Positions 18,793 to 29,274 of a DNA stretch of 64,000 nt are shown piece by piece. This DNA is from Minisyncoccia bacterium (GTDB lineage Bacteria; Patescibacteriota; Minisyncoccia; Phycocordibacterales; UBA9973): positions 12,599 through 76,598 of the forward strand of contig JBDHUP010000004.1 in the NCBI GenBank assembly GCA_039809245.1. The letters run 5' to 3'. The position numbers and the translations under genes are program-made. The notes under the pieces are model-generated. The model did no database searches and was not told where the DNA came from. It saw only the letters and a program-made list of their open reading frames with translations. Position 1 is the stretch's first letter, and the number at the start of each line of letters is the position of its first letter.

Positions 18793-20091
18793 CTACCGAT
18801 TTTGCCACTCTTTCTCCTGACGGCATAATAGCTTCCCTTTCTGCTCAGGATGGGCCATTATGGCCTCTACAGCGCGTTCTAGGCGTACTCCTTGCGAACC
18901 TTTCAGTAGTACTATATCCCCTTTCTCAATGACCCCAGTAAGGAATTTAGCCACCGTCTGGGATGAATCAAAGCTATAGACTTCCTTCTGTGGGAACCCA
19001 GCATCTATAGCCCCTTCCGCTATAAACTTAGCCCTTGGTCCCACGACTATAAGCATATTTGCAATACCAATAATCTTCTCCCCTATTGCCCTATGAGCTT
19101 CTTCGGTCATTTTGCCGAGTTCAAGCATATCACCAAGGACGGCAATTTTACGGGAACCTTTCACTTCTTTCAGTACATCGATAGCAGCTTCTGTGGCTAC
19201 TGGTGAGGCGTTATAAGTATCGTCTATAATGATAGATTCATTCATTCCTTCAATCAGAGAGAGTCTTCCAGGTGGAGTCACATATTCAGAAACTTTGTTT
19301 ATAGATTCAAGTAGATCACAACCGATTTCATTTGCTACAGCAAGAGCTGCCATTACAGATCCAACATAATGCATACCCATAATATGAGGTAAATTTACAG
19401 GGAAAGTATTTGCTCCGTATTTTAATTTAAAATTAATTCCTTGAGGTATATTTGAACCATTTGATGGCTCATGTAGATACATAGGGTGAAGAGCACTATA
19501 AGTCGCATTCTCATTCATACCATATGATACAGTACGGCATGGTGACTTATGATGAAGGGCATACACTTTCTCATCATCATGATTTAGAACAAGTAAACCA
19601 TCTGGTTTAAGAGCATGCATTAGAGCAGTCTTCTCTTCAATTATTTTTTCTGCTGTTCCAAAGAATTCCACGTGGACAGGCTTATCCGGGAACCTTGTTA
19701 TGACTACGATGTCGGGTGAAAGCCACTTTGCTACACTCTTTATATCTCCAGGTTTACCAGCTCCAACTTCAAGAATAAGCCACTCTGGGTATGAATGCTT
19801 CCAGGCTATTAATAAGAAACCTTTCGCAATTGTCTCAATCCATATGAAAGGATTACTCCATCCATTCGGACTTCCAAGGATAGTAAGGGGTAAACCAATT
19901 TCGCTATTGAAACTTTTTTCACTTTTACGAACTATTTTAAATTTAGATAAAATAGTAAAAATAGCATCCTTCGTAGAAGTCTTACCTACTGATCCAGTAA
20001 TAGCAATAATCTTTGGATGATATCTTTTTAGCACTAGCTTCGCTTGCCAAGTTACAATTGAAACAATGATTTTTTTAAAAACTTTTTTCAT
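18793..20091 (-). CDS. murF: UDP-MurNAc-pentapeptide synthetase MurF (short N-terminus)
   Basis: Mur-ligase P-loop ITGSVGKTSTK, DDTYNASP, and GDMLELG motifs. Confidence 0.82.
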   Translation of the reverse strand: MKKVFKKIIVSIVTWQAKLVLKRYHPKIIAITGSVGKTSTKDAIFTILSKFKIVRKSEKSFNSEIGLPLTILGSPNGWSNPFIWIETIAKGFLLIAWKHSYPEWLILEVGAGKPGDIKSVAKWLSPDIVVITRFPDKPVHVEFFGTAEKIIEEKTALMHALKPDGLLVLNHDDEKVYALHHKSPCRTVSYGMNENATYSALHPMYLHEPSNGSNIPQGINFKLKYGANTFPVNLPHIMGMHYVGSVMAALAVANEIGCDLLESINKVSEYVTPPGRLSLIEGMNESIIIDDTYNASPVATEAAIDVLKEVKGSRKIAVLGDMLELGKMTEEAHRAIGEKIIGIANMLIVVGPRAKFIAEGAIDAGFPQKEVYSFDSSQTVAKFLTGVIEKGDIVLLKGSQGVRLERAVEAIMAHPEQKGKLLCRQEKEWQNR

Positions 20092-20100
20092 ATATGATGA

Positions 20101-21813
20101 TTATCTATCAGGCGGAACATCATAATAGTTCAGCAAGAATTTCGTAATATTTAAAAATGGAGGTATGAGTGTCTGAGAGGCATACTTAATCTGCTTTGGA
20201 TTCTTCAAGAATAGGAATACTAAGAATTTAGGTTCATATGCCGGGAAATAGCCGAAGAATGAGTGCATATGCCTATCTTCATAATAACCTTTTCCGTTTT
20301 CCATTGCCACTTGTGCAGTTCCAGTCTTCGTGGCCACACTATAATGCTCAAATTTATGACTCCCTCCGTCATAGGATTCAAATACGTGCACAAGCATTCG
20401 AGATATAGTCTCTGATGTTTCTTTCTTTATTAGACCTTCTTTCGTTATTGGATAATCTATAACCTTTGATAATCCATCATCGTATCTTATCTGCTTAACC
20501 AGATGAGGAGTAACGAGCTTACCACCATTTGCAATAGAAGAGAAAGCACGAGCAGCCTCTATGGGAGTAAGGGCTATACCTTGCCCAAAGGCCGCATTGG
20601 CATACTCGATATCACGAGGGCTATCTAGGTTACTTATAAGTCCTGAAGTTTCATTCGGCAGATCAATACCAGTCTTCTCCCCTATACCGTAAGCTTTCAT
20701 ATAAGTTCTAAACTTATCATTCCCAAGCTTACTTTCGACGAACACCATTCCAGTGTTAAGGGACTGATCTAGAACTGTCTGCATAGAAGCAAGGCCACGG
20801 GCTTTCAAGTCGAAGTTGTGAATCTCTTTCTTGTTAACAACCACCACTCCCTTATCGATATAAGTTGTCTCAGGAGTTAGAACATTTGCATCTAGGGCTG
20901 CGGCCATTACAAGAGGCTTAATGACTGATCCGAATTCAAATACGTTCTCAACAATAGGATTACGATATACACTAGGATTATCTACACTTCCGAAATTATT
21001 AAGATCAAAATCTGGCACCCCAGCAATTGCATATATCTCACCATTTTCTGGATTAATAATTATTCCACCAGCTTGATCAGCGTTCCATTTAGAAAGAGTG
21101 CTCTTAAGTTCCGATTCTAGAGTATGTTGAGTAGAAGGCTCTATGGTTGTCACTATATCACCCTGACTATCATTACTATCAGTTGTTAGCTCTCTTAGAT
21201 TAGAGAAAACTTCTGCGAAAAAGTTAACATAAGCCTCATCTTTTGGTTTTGCTAATGTTGAATTATAAAATCTCTCAAGCCCATATTGGCCAACTTTATC
21301 ATCATTCTTATACGCTAAAAACCCGAGTGAATGAGAAGCCAGTGATCCACCCGGATAGAAACGCCAGTTATCTTTATATATTGAAAGCCCTACTATCTTT
21401 AACGCTTCAATCTCAGTGACTTGTTCTTTTGTTAAGTGATTACCTACTTCTTCGTAAGGATCATTCTTTTTGGTAGCACGAGATATAAATGTATCATGAT
21501 CCATATCTATATACGGATCGAGAAGTTTATATGTCGCTTCAGGGTCTGTTACCTCTTTAGGATTAATAGCAATCTTAAATCCTGAAGATATCGTTCCAGC
21601 AGCGACTAAAGAGCCATCTTTTTTAGAAAAGAAAATCGAACCACGTTTAAAAATATCGCCAGAGGGTGTGGCGTACTGCTTGTCAGCTTTTTCAGCATAT
21701 AAGTTCTTGTGTACTATCTGAACAAAAAATAGCTTGCTAATTAAAATTAGTGCAATTAAAAATACGAATACGGATACAATCCTTATTCGTACTTGGAACG
21801 ATGAGAGCTTCAT
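20101..21813 (-). CDS. ftsI: penicillin-binding protein (class B transpeptidase, FtsI-like)
   Basis: N-terminal transmembrane helix and dimerisation domain. Transpeptidase motifs SVIKP, SLN, and KTGTA. Sits in the dcw position after ftsL. Confidence 0.82.
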   Translation of the reverse strand: MKLSSFQVRIRIVSVFVFLIALILISKLFFVQIVHKNLYAEKADKQYATPSGDIFKRGSIFFSKKDGSLVAAGTISSGFKIAINPKEVTDPEATYKLLDPYIDMDHDTFISRATKKNDPYEEVGNHLTKEQVTEIEALKIVGLSIYKDNWRFYPGGSLASHSLGFLAYKNDDKVGQYGLERFYNSTLAKPKDEAYVNFFAEVFSNLRELTTDSNDSQGDIVTTIEPSTQHTLESELKSTLSKWNADQAGGIIINPENGEIYAIAGVPDFDLNNFGSVDNPSVYRNPIVENVFEFGSVIKPLVMAAALDANVLTPETTYIDKGVVVVNKKEIHNFDLKARGLASMQTVLDQSLNTGMVFVESKLGNDKFRTYMKAYGIGEKTGIDLPNETSGLISNLDSPRDIEYANAAFGQGIALTPIEAARAFSSIANGGKLVTPHLVKQIRYDDGLSKVIDYPITKEGLIKKETSETISRMLVHVFESYDGGSHKFEHYSVATKTGTAQVAMENGKGYYEDRHMHSFFGYFPAYEPKFLVFLFLKNPKQIKYASQTLIPPFLNITKFLLNYYDVPPDR

Positions 21814-22136
21814 TAGCGGATAGCAACACTAGTAGTAGTTCGTGTTGCAAAGATACTATTATGAACATCGACAAAGCCTAGCGATAGAGCATAATTCTTA
21901 TCAATTTTATTTGTTGCATTCAAATATGCAAGTTCAAGCTCACTTACATGACTCCCTAGAGTACGAGCAGCGCTTTCAAGTGATTTCCGAGCAAGAACAT
22001 TGAAAGTAATAGATCCTATAAGATACACATACACAATCGAAAGCATTATGATACCAGAAATTAGAACCTTAAATATAGTCCTTTGTGTTTGACTATTTTC
22101 TATTAAATTTGATGTTAATGTTTTTGCTTTGCTCAT
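21813..22136 (-). CDS. ftsL: cell-division protein FtsL-like (small bitopic)
   Basis: Position between rsmH and ftsI, with a single transmembrane helix and coiled coil. Confidence 0.5.
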   Translation of the reverse strand: MSKAKTLTSNLIENSQTQRTIFKVLISGIIMLSIVYVYLIGSITFNVLARKSLESAARTLGSHVSELELAYLNATNKIDKNYALSLGFVDVHNSIFATRTTTSVAIR

Positions 22137-23038
22137 ATTTTTTCTATTATTCTTAATTTTGCACTGCGTGCACGTGGGTTATTAATAATTTCGTCGCTTG
22201 TTGGTATTATTGGCTTTTTTGTTATTAAATTTGCATTTCCTTTATGTCTTAACTCTACAAATGCATGTTTGACTATTCGATCCTCTAAGCTGTGGAATGT
22301 AATGATTGCGATTCTTCCTCCTTTAGATAATCTATTAAATCCATTCTCTATAACTTTCTCTAGATTTGTCAGTTCGCTGTTCGTTGCTATCCGAAGGGCT
22401 TGGAATGTCCGAGTGCTTGGGTGGATCTTCATACCTCTATAAGATCGGCCTACTGCACCATCGATAATCTTTACTAAATCAAATGTTGTCTCAATGGGTT
22501 TCTCGATTCTTGCTTTGACTATTGCTTTTGCAATTCTTCTTGAATACTTCTCTTCTCCGAAGCCGTAGATTATATCTGCAAGCGTCTTTTCTTCCCAGGT
22601 GTTTACAATATCTCTTGCGGTAAGGTCTTCATCTGTCGGATTTTTCTTCATAGTCATTAGGAGGGGTTCATCTTTAAGGAAAGAGAATCCTCGACCAGCA
22701 ACTTCAAGTTGAAATGATGATAGCCCTAGATCAAGCAGTATGCGGTCTACATGAGGAATGTTTAGCTCATCTAGTACTTTCTCCATATCTTGGAACCCGA
22801 TTGTTCTGAAGACTGTGTCGCAAGGCGTGCCACCTAGTAGGGCTTTCGCTCTGTCTATTGCATCAGAGTCAAAATCAAGACCGATAACTTTCACCCCAGA
22901 TCCAAATCTTCGAATTATCTCAAAAGTATGTCCTCCACCACCAAGTGTGCCATCGACTATGATGTCACCGGAGCGGATACTTAATCCACTTATAGATTCA
23001 TCTAGTAATACAGGAATATGATTCATATTAAAGAACAC
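22133..23038 (-). CDS. rsmH: 16S rRNA (cytosine1402-N4)-methyltransferase RsmH (MraW)
   Basis: HIPVLLDE and GGGGH SAM-binding motifs. The start may be at Met5. Confidence 0.9.
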   Translation of the reverse strand: MFFNMNHIPVLLDESISGLSIRSGDIIVDGTLGGGGHTFEIIRRFGSGVKVIGLDFDSDAIDRAKALLGGTPCDTVFRTIGFQDMEKVLDELNIPHVDRILLDLGLSSFQLEVAGRGFSFLKDEPLLMTMKKNPTDEDLTARDIVNTWEEKTLADIIYGFGEEKYSRRIAKAIVKARIEKPIETTFDLVKIIDGAVGRSYRGMKIHPSTRTFQALRIATNSELTNLEKVIENGFNRLSKGGRIAIITFHSLEDRIVKHAFVELRHKGNANLITKKPIIPTSDEIINNPRARSAKLRIIEKI

Positions 23039-23462
23039 CTATCTGCCCTAACTTATCTGCGAGGGCGTCTGCCTGTTTCTCTACAACCTTCTTGTAGTCA
23101 TTCCATGCCTTTTCGTTCCAGATTTCTGCGCGATTCTGAACTCCGATAACAATCACCTTAGTAGAAAGTCCTGAACGGTTCTTCAAATTTTCCGGGATTA
23201 ATATTCGTCCATTTGCATCAACGTCTACTATGACCGCTTGACCAAACATAAATCTCGAGAAACTTCTATTATCAGTAGCGAGCATTGAAGAGTCAGAAAG
23301 CTTGCTTGAAATCTTGTCCCACTCTTTTGTTGTAAAGATAGATAAACAATTATCTAGCCCTGGAGCAACCACAACACTCTTCCCCATCTCCTTTCGGAAC
23401 TTTACTGGAAGTGACATTCTGTTCTTGTCGTCTAATGTGTGGGTGTATTCGCCGATAAGCAT
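23028..23462 (-). CDS. mraZ: transcriptional regulator MraZ
   Basis: Tandem MraZ domains (GEYTHTLDDKNRMSLP, DANGRILIP). The shorter start at 23462 is preferred because MraZ-box repeats overlap the longer ORF start. Confidence 0.85.
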   Translation of the reverse strand: MLIGEYTHTLDDKNRMSLPVKFRKEMGKSVVVAPGLDNCLSIFTTKEWDKISSKLSDSSMLATDNRSFSRFMFGQAVIVDVDANGRILIPENLKNRSGLSTKVIVIGVQNRAEIWNEKAWNDYKKVVEKQADALADKLGQIGVL

Positions 23463-23495
23463 AAATAATTCGTGGAATTTGTAGATTAATTTATT

Positions 23496-23541
23496 TCCCA
23501 CAATATCCCACTAGACTTAATTATAAACCACTTCATCCCAC
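23496..23541 (-). promoter_or_regulatory. MraZ-box-like direct repeats (GTGGGA at 10-bp spacing) upstream of mraZ
   Basis: In the mraZ sense: TGTGGGAtgaa...GTGGGAtattGTGGGAaata. Two copies are exactly 10 bp apart and a third is 30 bp away. Confidence 0.4.
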
Positions 23542-23654
23542 AACACAAACATAATCCCCCACCTTAACTGTGGATAAATAATCGCTTGACTTGTAATTAA
23601 TTTAATTGTGTGGTATTGTATTCATGAAAAAGTATTTTTAACCCCATAAAATTA

Positions 23655-23855
23655 TTGTTTATGAACACTCCTTTTATTGCTGTAACTCAAATAGGAACAG
23701 ATGGGATAATAAACCTCATTCCTGTTAAAACACCAGTTCAAAGCCTTGAAGAGCAATCTAATTATTTTAAAGCGAAAGCTGAATTAGATTTCGCCATAGA
23801 TAAGGAAAGAGGGTTAGTTCCTGCCGGACAACGTACTAAAAAATCTGTAGCCTAA
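23655..23855 (+). CDS. small hypothetical protein (66 aa)
   Basis: ORF followed by a terminator. Confidence 0.35.
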   Translation: MFMNTPFIAVTQIGTDGIINLIPVKTPVQSLEEQSNYFKAKAELDFAIDKERGLVPAGQRTKKSVA

Positions 23856-23862
23856 AATTATT

Positions 23863-23905
23863 AAACACGTAGTTTTGCATTAATGCGAAACTACGTGTTT
23901 TTTAT
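23863..23905 (+). terminator. rho-independent terminator
   Basis: aaacacgtagttttgcat...atgcgaaactacgtgttt followed by TTTT. Confidence 0.55.
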
Positions 23906-23977
23906 TTATCTATACATTTAAATTATTTAGGAGTATTATAAAGGCAAGACTTTAATAACTCATTTAAAACTACCGTC

Positions 23978-24376
23978 ATGAAAATATTACAGTTATTACT
24001 CGATATGTTTTATGAAGAGCCTCAAATATACCAAGAATACGATGATTCTGAACAAAGGTTAACCCTAAAACAGATATTCAAAAAACTTGGAATTAAGAGT
24101 ACTCATAGACAATGGTTATTTCAAAAAATTTTATTTAAAATTAAAGCTTTTGAAAGAATCGATATTATTGATGTGGATTTTATAATCCATGAAATGAATC
24201 AATATTCTGAAATGCTAATCAAAAGATCTTGGCCAAAAGAATCATTTGATTTTTTAGAGAATGAACTCGTAAATATTGCTGAACCATTAGTTAAAAATCT
24301 AGAATCAGCAAACGAAATAATGGAAAAAGAGATCAATCTAAAATTTCTTAATTTTAAAAAAATTTACTTAAACTAA
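23978..24376 (+). CDS. hypothetical protein (132 aa)
   Basis: ORF with a terminator downstream. Confidence 0.45.
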   Translation: MKILQLLLDMFYEEPQIYQEYDDSEQRLTLKQIFKKLGIKSTHRQWLFQKILFKIKAFERIDIIDVDFIIHEMNQYSEMLIKRSWPKESFDFLENELVNIAEPLVKNLESANEIMEKEINLKFLNFKKIYLN

Positions 24377-24405
24377 AAAAGACTTCATGAAAATGAAGTC
24401 TTTAC
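24376..24405. terminator. bidirectional terminator
   Basis: aaaaagacttcat-gaaa-atgaagtcttt. Confidence 0.55.
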
Positions 24406-24408
24406 TGA

Positions 24409-25896
24409 CTAATCTCTTGGTTTCATTATTGGGAAGAATATAACATCTCGGCAATTCTTTTGATTTGTTAGGATTGCTACCAGTCTGTCTATTCCCATTC
24501 CAAATCCAGTCATCGGTGGCATACCATGCTCCATAGCATCTAGGAACCTCTCATCTGTTTCCATCGCTTCGGTGTCTCCACCTTTTTTAGCTTCTGACTG
24601 AGCTTTAAGTAGATTCCTTTGTATAGTAGGGTCGACAAGCTCTGCATACTGATTCGTAATCTCAGCACCAGCTATTATAAGCTGGGCTACTTGGGCAGTG
24701 CCATCTTCATTCTGCTGTGCAAGGGGTTTTAGATCTCCTGGGAAGTTCGTCACAAATGTTGGATTTATTATTTTTGATCTTGAAGACTTTTTATATATAT
24801 GATCAAGCAGATTACCACGACCGGTAACCTTTGCTTCCTCTTCAGGCATTCCCCACTTTATAGCAGCTTTTCTTGCTTCTTCTAATGTAATAGTTGATAT
24901 ATCGATACCAGCATCATCTAAAAGTAATTTACCAAAAGTCACACGTGGCCAATAACCATCAAGACTCACTTCTTTACTATTGCCATCTTTGTCGTAGACA
25001 TTGAATACAGTTTTACCAACAACATCACGAGCTATCTGCTTGAGCATTTCTTCAGTCCAAGTCATATTTGTCTCCAAAGTTTGGTAAGCAGCATACCACT
25101 CGATCATTGTGAACTCTTGAATATGTGTAGGGTCAGAACCTTCATTGCGAAACATTTTACCTATCTCATACACTCTTTCATATCCACCTACCATTATCAT
25201 TTTATGATCAAGCTCAACAGCAATACGAAGAACCATATCCATATCATAATCATTGTGGTGAGTTTTAAAGACTTTCGCCATAGCACCTCCAGCTTGATTC
25301 TGAAGTATTGGCGTCTCTATTTCCATGAAATTCTTATTGTCCAGGAAAGCTCTAACTGCTTTTATAATATTTGAGCGGGTTATGAATCTATCATAGACTT
25401 CATTATCCATCGTTATATCGAGATACCTTTTTCTGTATGTCTCTTCTACGTCTTGGAGGCCGTGCCATTTATCAGGAAGAGGTAAAAGAGCTTTTGTAGC
25501 CATTCGCCAGTCTTTAATAAGCAAGCTTTGTTCCCCCCTATTTGTAACAAAAAGCGATCCAGTAACTCCTATAAAATCACCATTATCAACAGTATCAACA
25601 AAAAGCGAAAATACTTCTGGTGATAGTACATCTTTTTTAAGCACTGCTTGGAAGCGATCCTTGCCATCTTGTAGGACAATAAACAGTATTGATCCTTGTC
25701 CACGCACAATCATAACTCGACCAACAATAGATATAGGCTCTATATCTGATGATGGAGCAAGTGTGTCAAAAGACTTTTTTAATTCTGATATTGAGTAGTC
25801 ACGAGGCACAGAGCTTGGATATGGATCCATTCCAGCTTTGCGTAGTTTTTCAATTTTTGTAATTCGAGCAGATCTTAACTCTTCGATTGAGGCCAT
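24409..25896 (-). CDS. lysS: lysine--tRNA ligase (class II)
   Basis: OB-fold N-domain. Class II motifs FRNEG and GxGxGxDR. Start placed at MASIEEL; the track ORF extends to 25917, overlapping greA. Confidence 0.9.
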   Translation of the reverse strand: MASIEELRSARITKIEKLRKAGMDPYPSSVPRDYSISELKKSFDTLAPSSDIEPISIVGRVMIVRGQGSILFIVLQDGKDRFQAVLKKDVLSPEVFSLFVDTVDNGDFIGVTGSLFVTNRGEQSLLIKDWRMATKALLPLPDKWHGLQDVEETYRKRYLDITMDNEVYDRFITRSNIIKAVRAFLDNKNFMEIETPILQNQAGGAMAKVFKTHHNDYDMDMVLRIAVELDHKMIMVGGYERVYEIGKMFRNEGSDPTHIQEFTMIEWYAAYQTLETNMTWTEEMLKQIARDVVGKTVFNVYDKDGNSKEVSLDGYWPRVTFGKLLLDDAGIDISTITLEEARKAAIKWGMPEEEAKVTGRGNLLDHIYKKSSRSKIINPTFVTNFPGDLKPLAQQNEDGTAQVAQLIIAGAEITNQYAELVDPTIQRNLLKAQSEAKKGGDTEAMETDERFLDAMEHGMPPMTGFGMGIDRLVAILTNQKNCRDVIFFPIMKPRD

Positions 25897-25900
25897 ATCT

Positions 25901-26374
25901 CTATTGTATCTTAACAATAGTGTATTTGACTAGTCCTTTAGGTGTTTGAATAGAAACAGTATCATCTTTTGACTTACCAAAAAGTGCTTCACCGAGTGGT
26001 GATTTATTTGAAATTTTATTTTTAGACATATCGGCTTCTTCCGCTCCAACTATGCTGTATGTAATAATTTCCTTTGATCCTTCTTTCTTAACATCGACAG
26101 TTGTACCTATTTCAACTTTAGTACTGTGGTGCTTTTTTACAACAACTGCTGATTGAAGCATATATTCAATCTGATTTATGCGGTCCTCAGTCTTACCTTG
26201 ATCTTCACGAGCTTGGTGATATTCTGCATTTTCAGAAAGGTCGCCAAGTGCTTTGGCGGCCTCGAGAGCTTCGAGTATTTCTTTTCTTTTAACAGTCTTT
26301 AAGGTGTTTAATTCTTCTATTAATGACTGTTTCTTTTCTTCTGTAATATAATGTATTTCATCCATAATCGGCAT
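25901..26374 (-). CDS. greA: transcription elongation factor GreA
   Basis: N-terminal coiled coil with DLSENAEY and a C-terminal FKBP-like domain. Confidence 0.9.
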   Translation of the reverse strand: MPIMDEIHYITEEKKQSLIEELNTLKTVKRKEILEALEAAKALGDLSENAEYHQAREDQGKTEDRINQIEYMLQSAVVVKKHHSTKVEIGTTVDVKKEGSKEIITYSIVGAEEADMSKNKISNKSPLGEALFGKSKDDTVSIQTPKGLVKYTIVKIQ

Positions 26375-26406
26375 AGTATATAGGTTTTATAGCTAAAAGT
26401 CAAAGG

Positions 26407-28104
26407 CTATTTCAGGTATTCTGGGGTATAGATACTCATATAGTCTACGACTTCCCTCATAACGCGAGTGGCATTACCACTAGCAGCCTTTGGTCCACGC
26501 TCCATTAATATCGCAAAGCTATATTTAGGATTCTCGTATGGGAAAAATCCAACTATCCAGGAGTTCGTATTTGTGTTACCCACTCCCACCTGAGCAGTAC
26601 CTGATTTTGCCGCGACTTTTACCCCGGGTATATTAAGCGCTGTACCAGTTCCTTCCGTAACAACTAAACGCATTCCTGATTTAATTATATTCATCTTATC
26701 TTGATCTACCTGTACTACCAACTTATTGTTTTCAAATTTCGTATCATTCATTAATAAATGCGGTGTAGGAATTACTCCATCATTTGCGATACCTGCTACA
26801 GCGCGTGCCATCTGAAGAGGAGTAACTTGAAATCCATACTGACCGATAGAAGTGTTATAAGTATCTCCTACTCGCCATATATCACCTTTGAATGTTTTTG
26901 CTTTCCACTCTGGAGTAGGTATGACTCCTACCTTCTCACCTCCTATGTCAACGCCAGTTTTATCAGCAATTCCAAACATACGAGAATACTTATCAATATT
27001 GGCTATTCCCAGACCTTTCTGATCCTGGAAACCACCTCCAACTTCATAGAAATAAACGTCAGATGATACAGCAATAGCATGCTCCATATCTACATATCCG
27101 AATGAACCGTGGTCTTTAAAAATAGATTTTTTATCTGGGAAGTAAGGGTTAGGGATGGAGATTGATCCATTAGCATATATCTGCTTGAAAGGGCTTATAA
27201 CTTCCTCTGCAAGAGCTCCATAACCAATGAAAGGCTTAACAATAGATCCAGGAGTATAAAGACCTGAGACAGCTCTATTTAGAAACACTTTACGCTTATC
27301 TTGGAAATATCCATTTATAGTACTCGCATCTTGTCCACTTGAAAGAATAGTCCCGTTATATTCAGGATAACTAGTAAGAGCAAGTAATTCTCCTGTTTTA
27401 ATATCGACAAGAGCTCCAGCTCCACCAGAGAAAGAAGCATTTCGAGCCATATCGACTATTGATTTGTACATTTGTTCTTGGATACCTGCATCTATAGATA
27501 ACACAAGGTTCTGACCTGATTTCGGTTGAGAGACTGTATTCTCTGATTGGATTTCACCCTTTACATTTGTCTCTGTAATACGAACACCATTCTCTCCAGT
27601 TAGAGCATCGTTGTATGACTTCTCGATTCCATCTTTACCTATAAATTCATCTTGCCAATAATTACCAGAAGAATCTTTAGCTGGAGAACTAACATAGCCA
27701 AGAAGTAATCCAAAGCCTGGCTTATTTATATAAACTCTTGTTGGTGAAGAGAATCTGTTTGTGTCACCTTTGTCCCAAGAGTTCCAGGCAAGTAATTGAT
27801 TCTTTCGATCATATATTAAACCACGGTCAGCAAATATTGGTTGTTTGTTTAGTGTATTATTCTCACTTTTTTTAAAGTATGCTTCACCTTTGGCAATTTG
27901 TAGTTTCCCAACTTGGTACATAAACACAAATGACGTTAAAACGAAGAAAGTGCCTAACAGGTATATAGCCCGTTTGGGTATGGAACTTTCAAGTCTACCT
28001 TCAAACTGTTGAGTATTGAAGTTAGGTAGGTTCTTTGAATCAAGAAAGATCTCGTCGGGAGCTATGTCGGCTTTTATTCTTTTGTGATTAATTCTAAATT
28101 TCAT
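26407..28104 (-). CDS. mrdA: penicillin-binding protein 2 (class B, MrdA-like)
   Basis: N-terminal transmembrane helix. Motifs SIVKP, SSD-like, and KSGTAQV. Confidence 0.8.
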   Translation of the reverse strand: MKFRINHKRIKADIAPDEIFLDSKNLPNFNTQQFEGRLESSIPKRAIYLLGTFFVLTSFVFMYQVGKLQIAKGEAYFKKSENNTLNKQPIFADRGLIYDRKNQLLAWNSWDKGDTNRFSSPTRVYINKPGFGLLLGYVSSPAKDSSGNYWQDEFIGKDGIEKSYNDALTGENGVRITETNVKGEIQSENTVSQPKSGQNLVLSIDAGIQEQMYKSIVDMARNASFSGGAGALVDIKTGELLALTSYPEYNGTILSSGQDASTINGYFQDKRKVFLNRAVSGLYTPGSIVKPFIGYGALAEEVISPFKQIYANGSISIPNPYFPDKKSIFKDHGSFGYVDMEHAIAVSSDVYFYEVGGGFQDQKGLGIANIDKYSRMFGIADKTGVDIGGEKVGVIPTPEWKAKTFKGDIWRVGDTYNTSIGQYGFQVTPLQMARAVAGIANDGVIPTPHLLMNDTKFENNKLVVQVDQDKMNIIKSGMRLVVTEGTGTALNIPGVKVAAKSGTAQVGVGNTNTNSWIVGFFPYENPKYSFAILMERGPKAASGNATRVMREVVDYMSIYTPEYLK

Positions 28105-28372
28105 TTTTATATAAAATTATATGACGACGTATAAATTGGATTCCTAGATAAATGATAGATAAACAGAGAGAAAACCAGAAAGGTGAAGTTATAAAAATTG
28201 ATCCAGGAATAGTATAAATTGCGTATATAATTATTCCAACTCCTAAAAACTCATAGAACTGTTGGTAGATAAATATACCTATAACTGCAAAGATAGAAGC
28301 CACCCACCATGGGAAAATAAATACTGATAAAAACAGGATAATATCAAAAATTAGGCGCTTCATAAGAAGCAT
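28094..28372 (-). CDS. small 3-TM membrane protein (possibly MreD-like)
   Basis: Overlaps the pbp2 start by 11 nt. Called by position and hydrophobicity only. Confidence 0.3.
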   Translation of the reverse strand: MLLMKRLIFDIILFLSVFIFPWWVASIFAVIGIFIYQQFYEFLGVGIIIYAIYTIPGSIFITSPFWFSLCLSIIYLGIQFIRRHIILYKNEI

Positions 28373-28404
28373 TATACGCTATGAGTCAATGAGTTGACAA
28401 ACAC

Positions 28405-29253
28405 TTACCTACGTCTTATTTTGCGAAAAATGAAGCGGATAATTATAAATATTAGTAGGGCTGCAATTCCATAGAAAACTATTTTACTCCCAAATATAAA
28501 ACTAAGTAGAGAGAATAGAAATAGTTTTACATAGGTAATAGGTTTATCTGTGGCATCTAATGGTTTAGTCTGTGCAACTTCTACCTTATTAGTTTTAGAA
28601 TCTGGATTTGAAGTCTTCTCATCTTTTTTCTCAAGAGCATCTATTTCTTTTTGAGTTTGGATTTTTGTATCTAAGATTTTAGTATAAGTATTATCTCTAA
28701 ATGTATCGATAGACCCTAGACTACTTGCAACAGGAGCGCCGACAGATTCTGGTATCACATCTTTGAGTGCAGTAGTGGCTTTTGTTATTTCATTCTTCAT
28801 AACATCCACACTCTTCAGATCTGTCCCATCTTCTTTCTTTGTTGAAACTGGAACAAAAGTATGATCCTCTATCGTCTTTGCATTATCTAATGTTATGTTT
28901 TCTTTCTTTCCACCAGTTGTAATGCTTGAAGAACTAATCTTAGCAGAGATGATATGGTCACCTGAGGTAACCTTCCAAGAAACAGAGACGTCTTGTATTT
29001 TTGAAGGTTCGACTGTTAGGTCTCTAGCCCCAAGGATAACTTTTGAATCATAGAATTCGACATGCACTGTTACCGGATCTTTATCACCATTCCAGATTGC
29101 GGTGTAAATTTTAACAGTGTTACCTTCTACTAATGGTTCAGAGTACCAAATCTGACCCGGAATAAAACCAGTTCCAGATGCTGTGTCTGCATAAGAAAAA
29201 CCTGTATTTAATAAGAACGAAGCTAGAATAAAAATAAATATATATTTTCTCAT
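28405..29253 (-). CDS. cell-surface hypothetical protein (signal peptide plus C-terminal TM anchor)
   Basis: Signal peptide MRKYIFIFILASFLL and C-terminal hydrophobic helix with an RKIRRR tail. Confidence 0.45.
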   Translation of the reverse strand: MRKYIFIFILASFLLNTGFSYADTASGTGFIPGQIWYSEPLVEGNTVKIYTAIWNGDKDPVTVHVEFYDSKVILGARDLTVEPSKIQDVSVSWKVTSGDHIISAKISSSSITTGGKKENITLDNAKTIEDHTFVPVSTKKEDGTDLKSVDVMKNEITKATTALKDVIPESVGAPVASSLGSIDTFRDNTYTKILDTKIQTQKEIDALEKKDEKTSNPDSKTNKVEVAQTKPLDATDKPITYVKLFLFSLLSFIFGSKIVFYGIAALLIFIIIRFIFRKIRRR

Positions 29254-29274
29254 TTACAGAGTTATTATAACACT

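Noticed and set aside
28405-29253. MreC call for the protein upstream of the MreD-like / pbp2 pair
   Set aside because: Its topology is wrong for MreC: it has a cleavable signal peptide plus a C-terminal anchor instead of an N-terminal transmembrane helix with coiled coil. Left as hypothetical.
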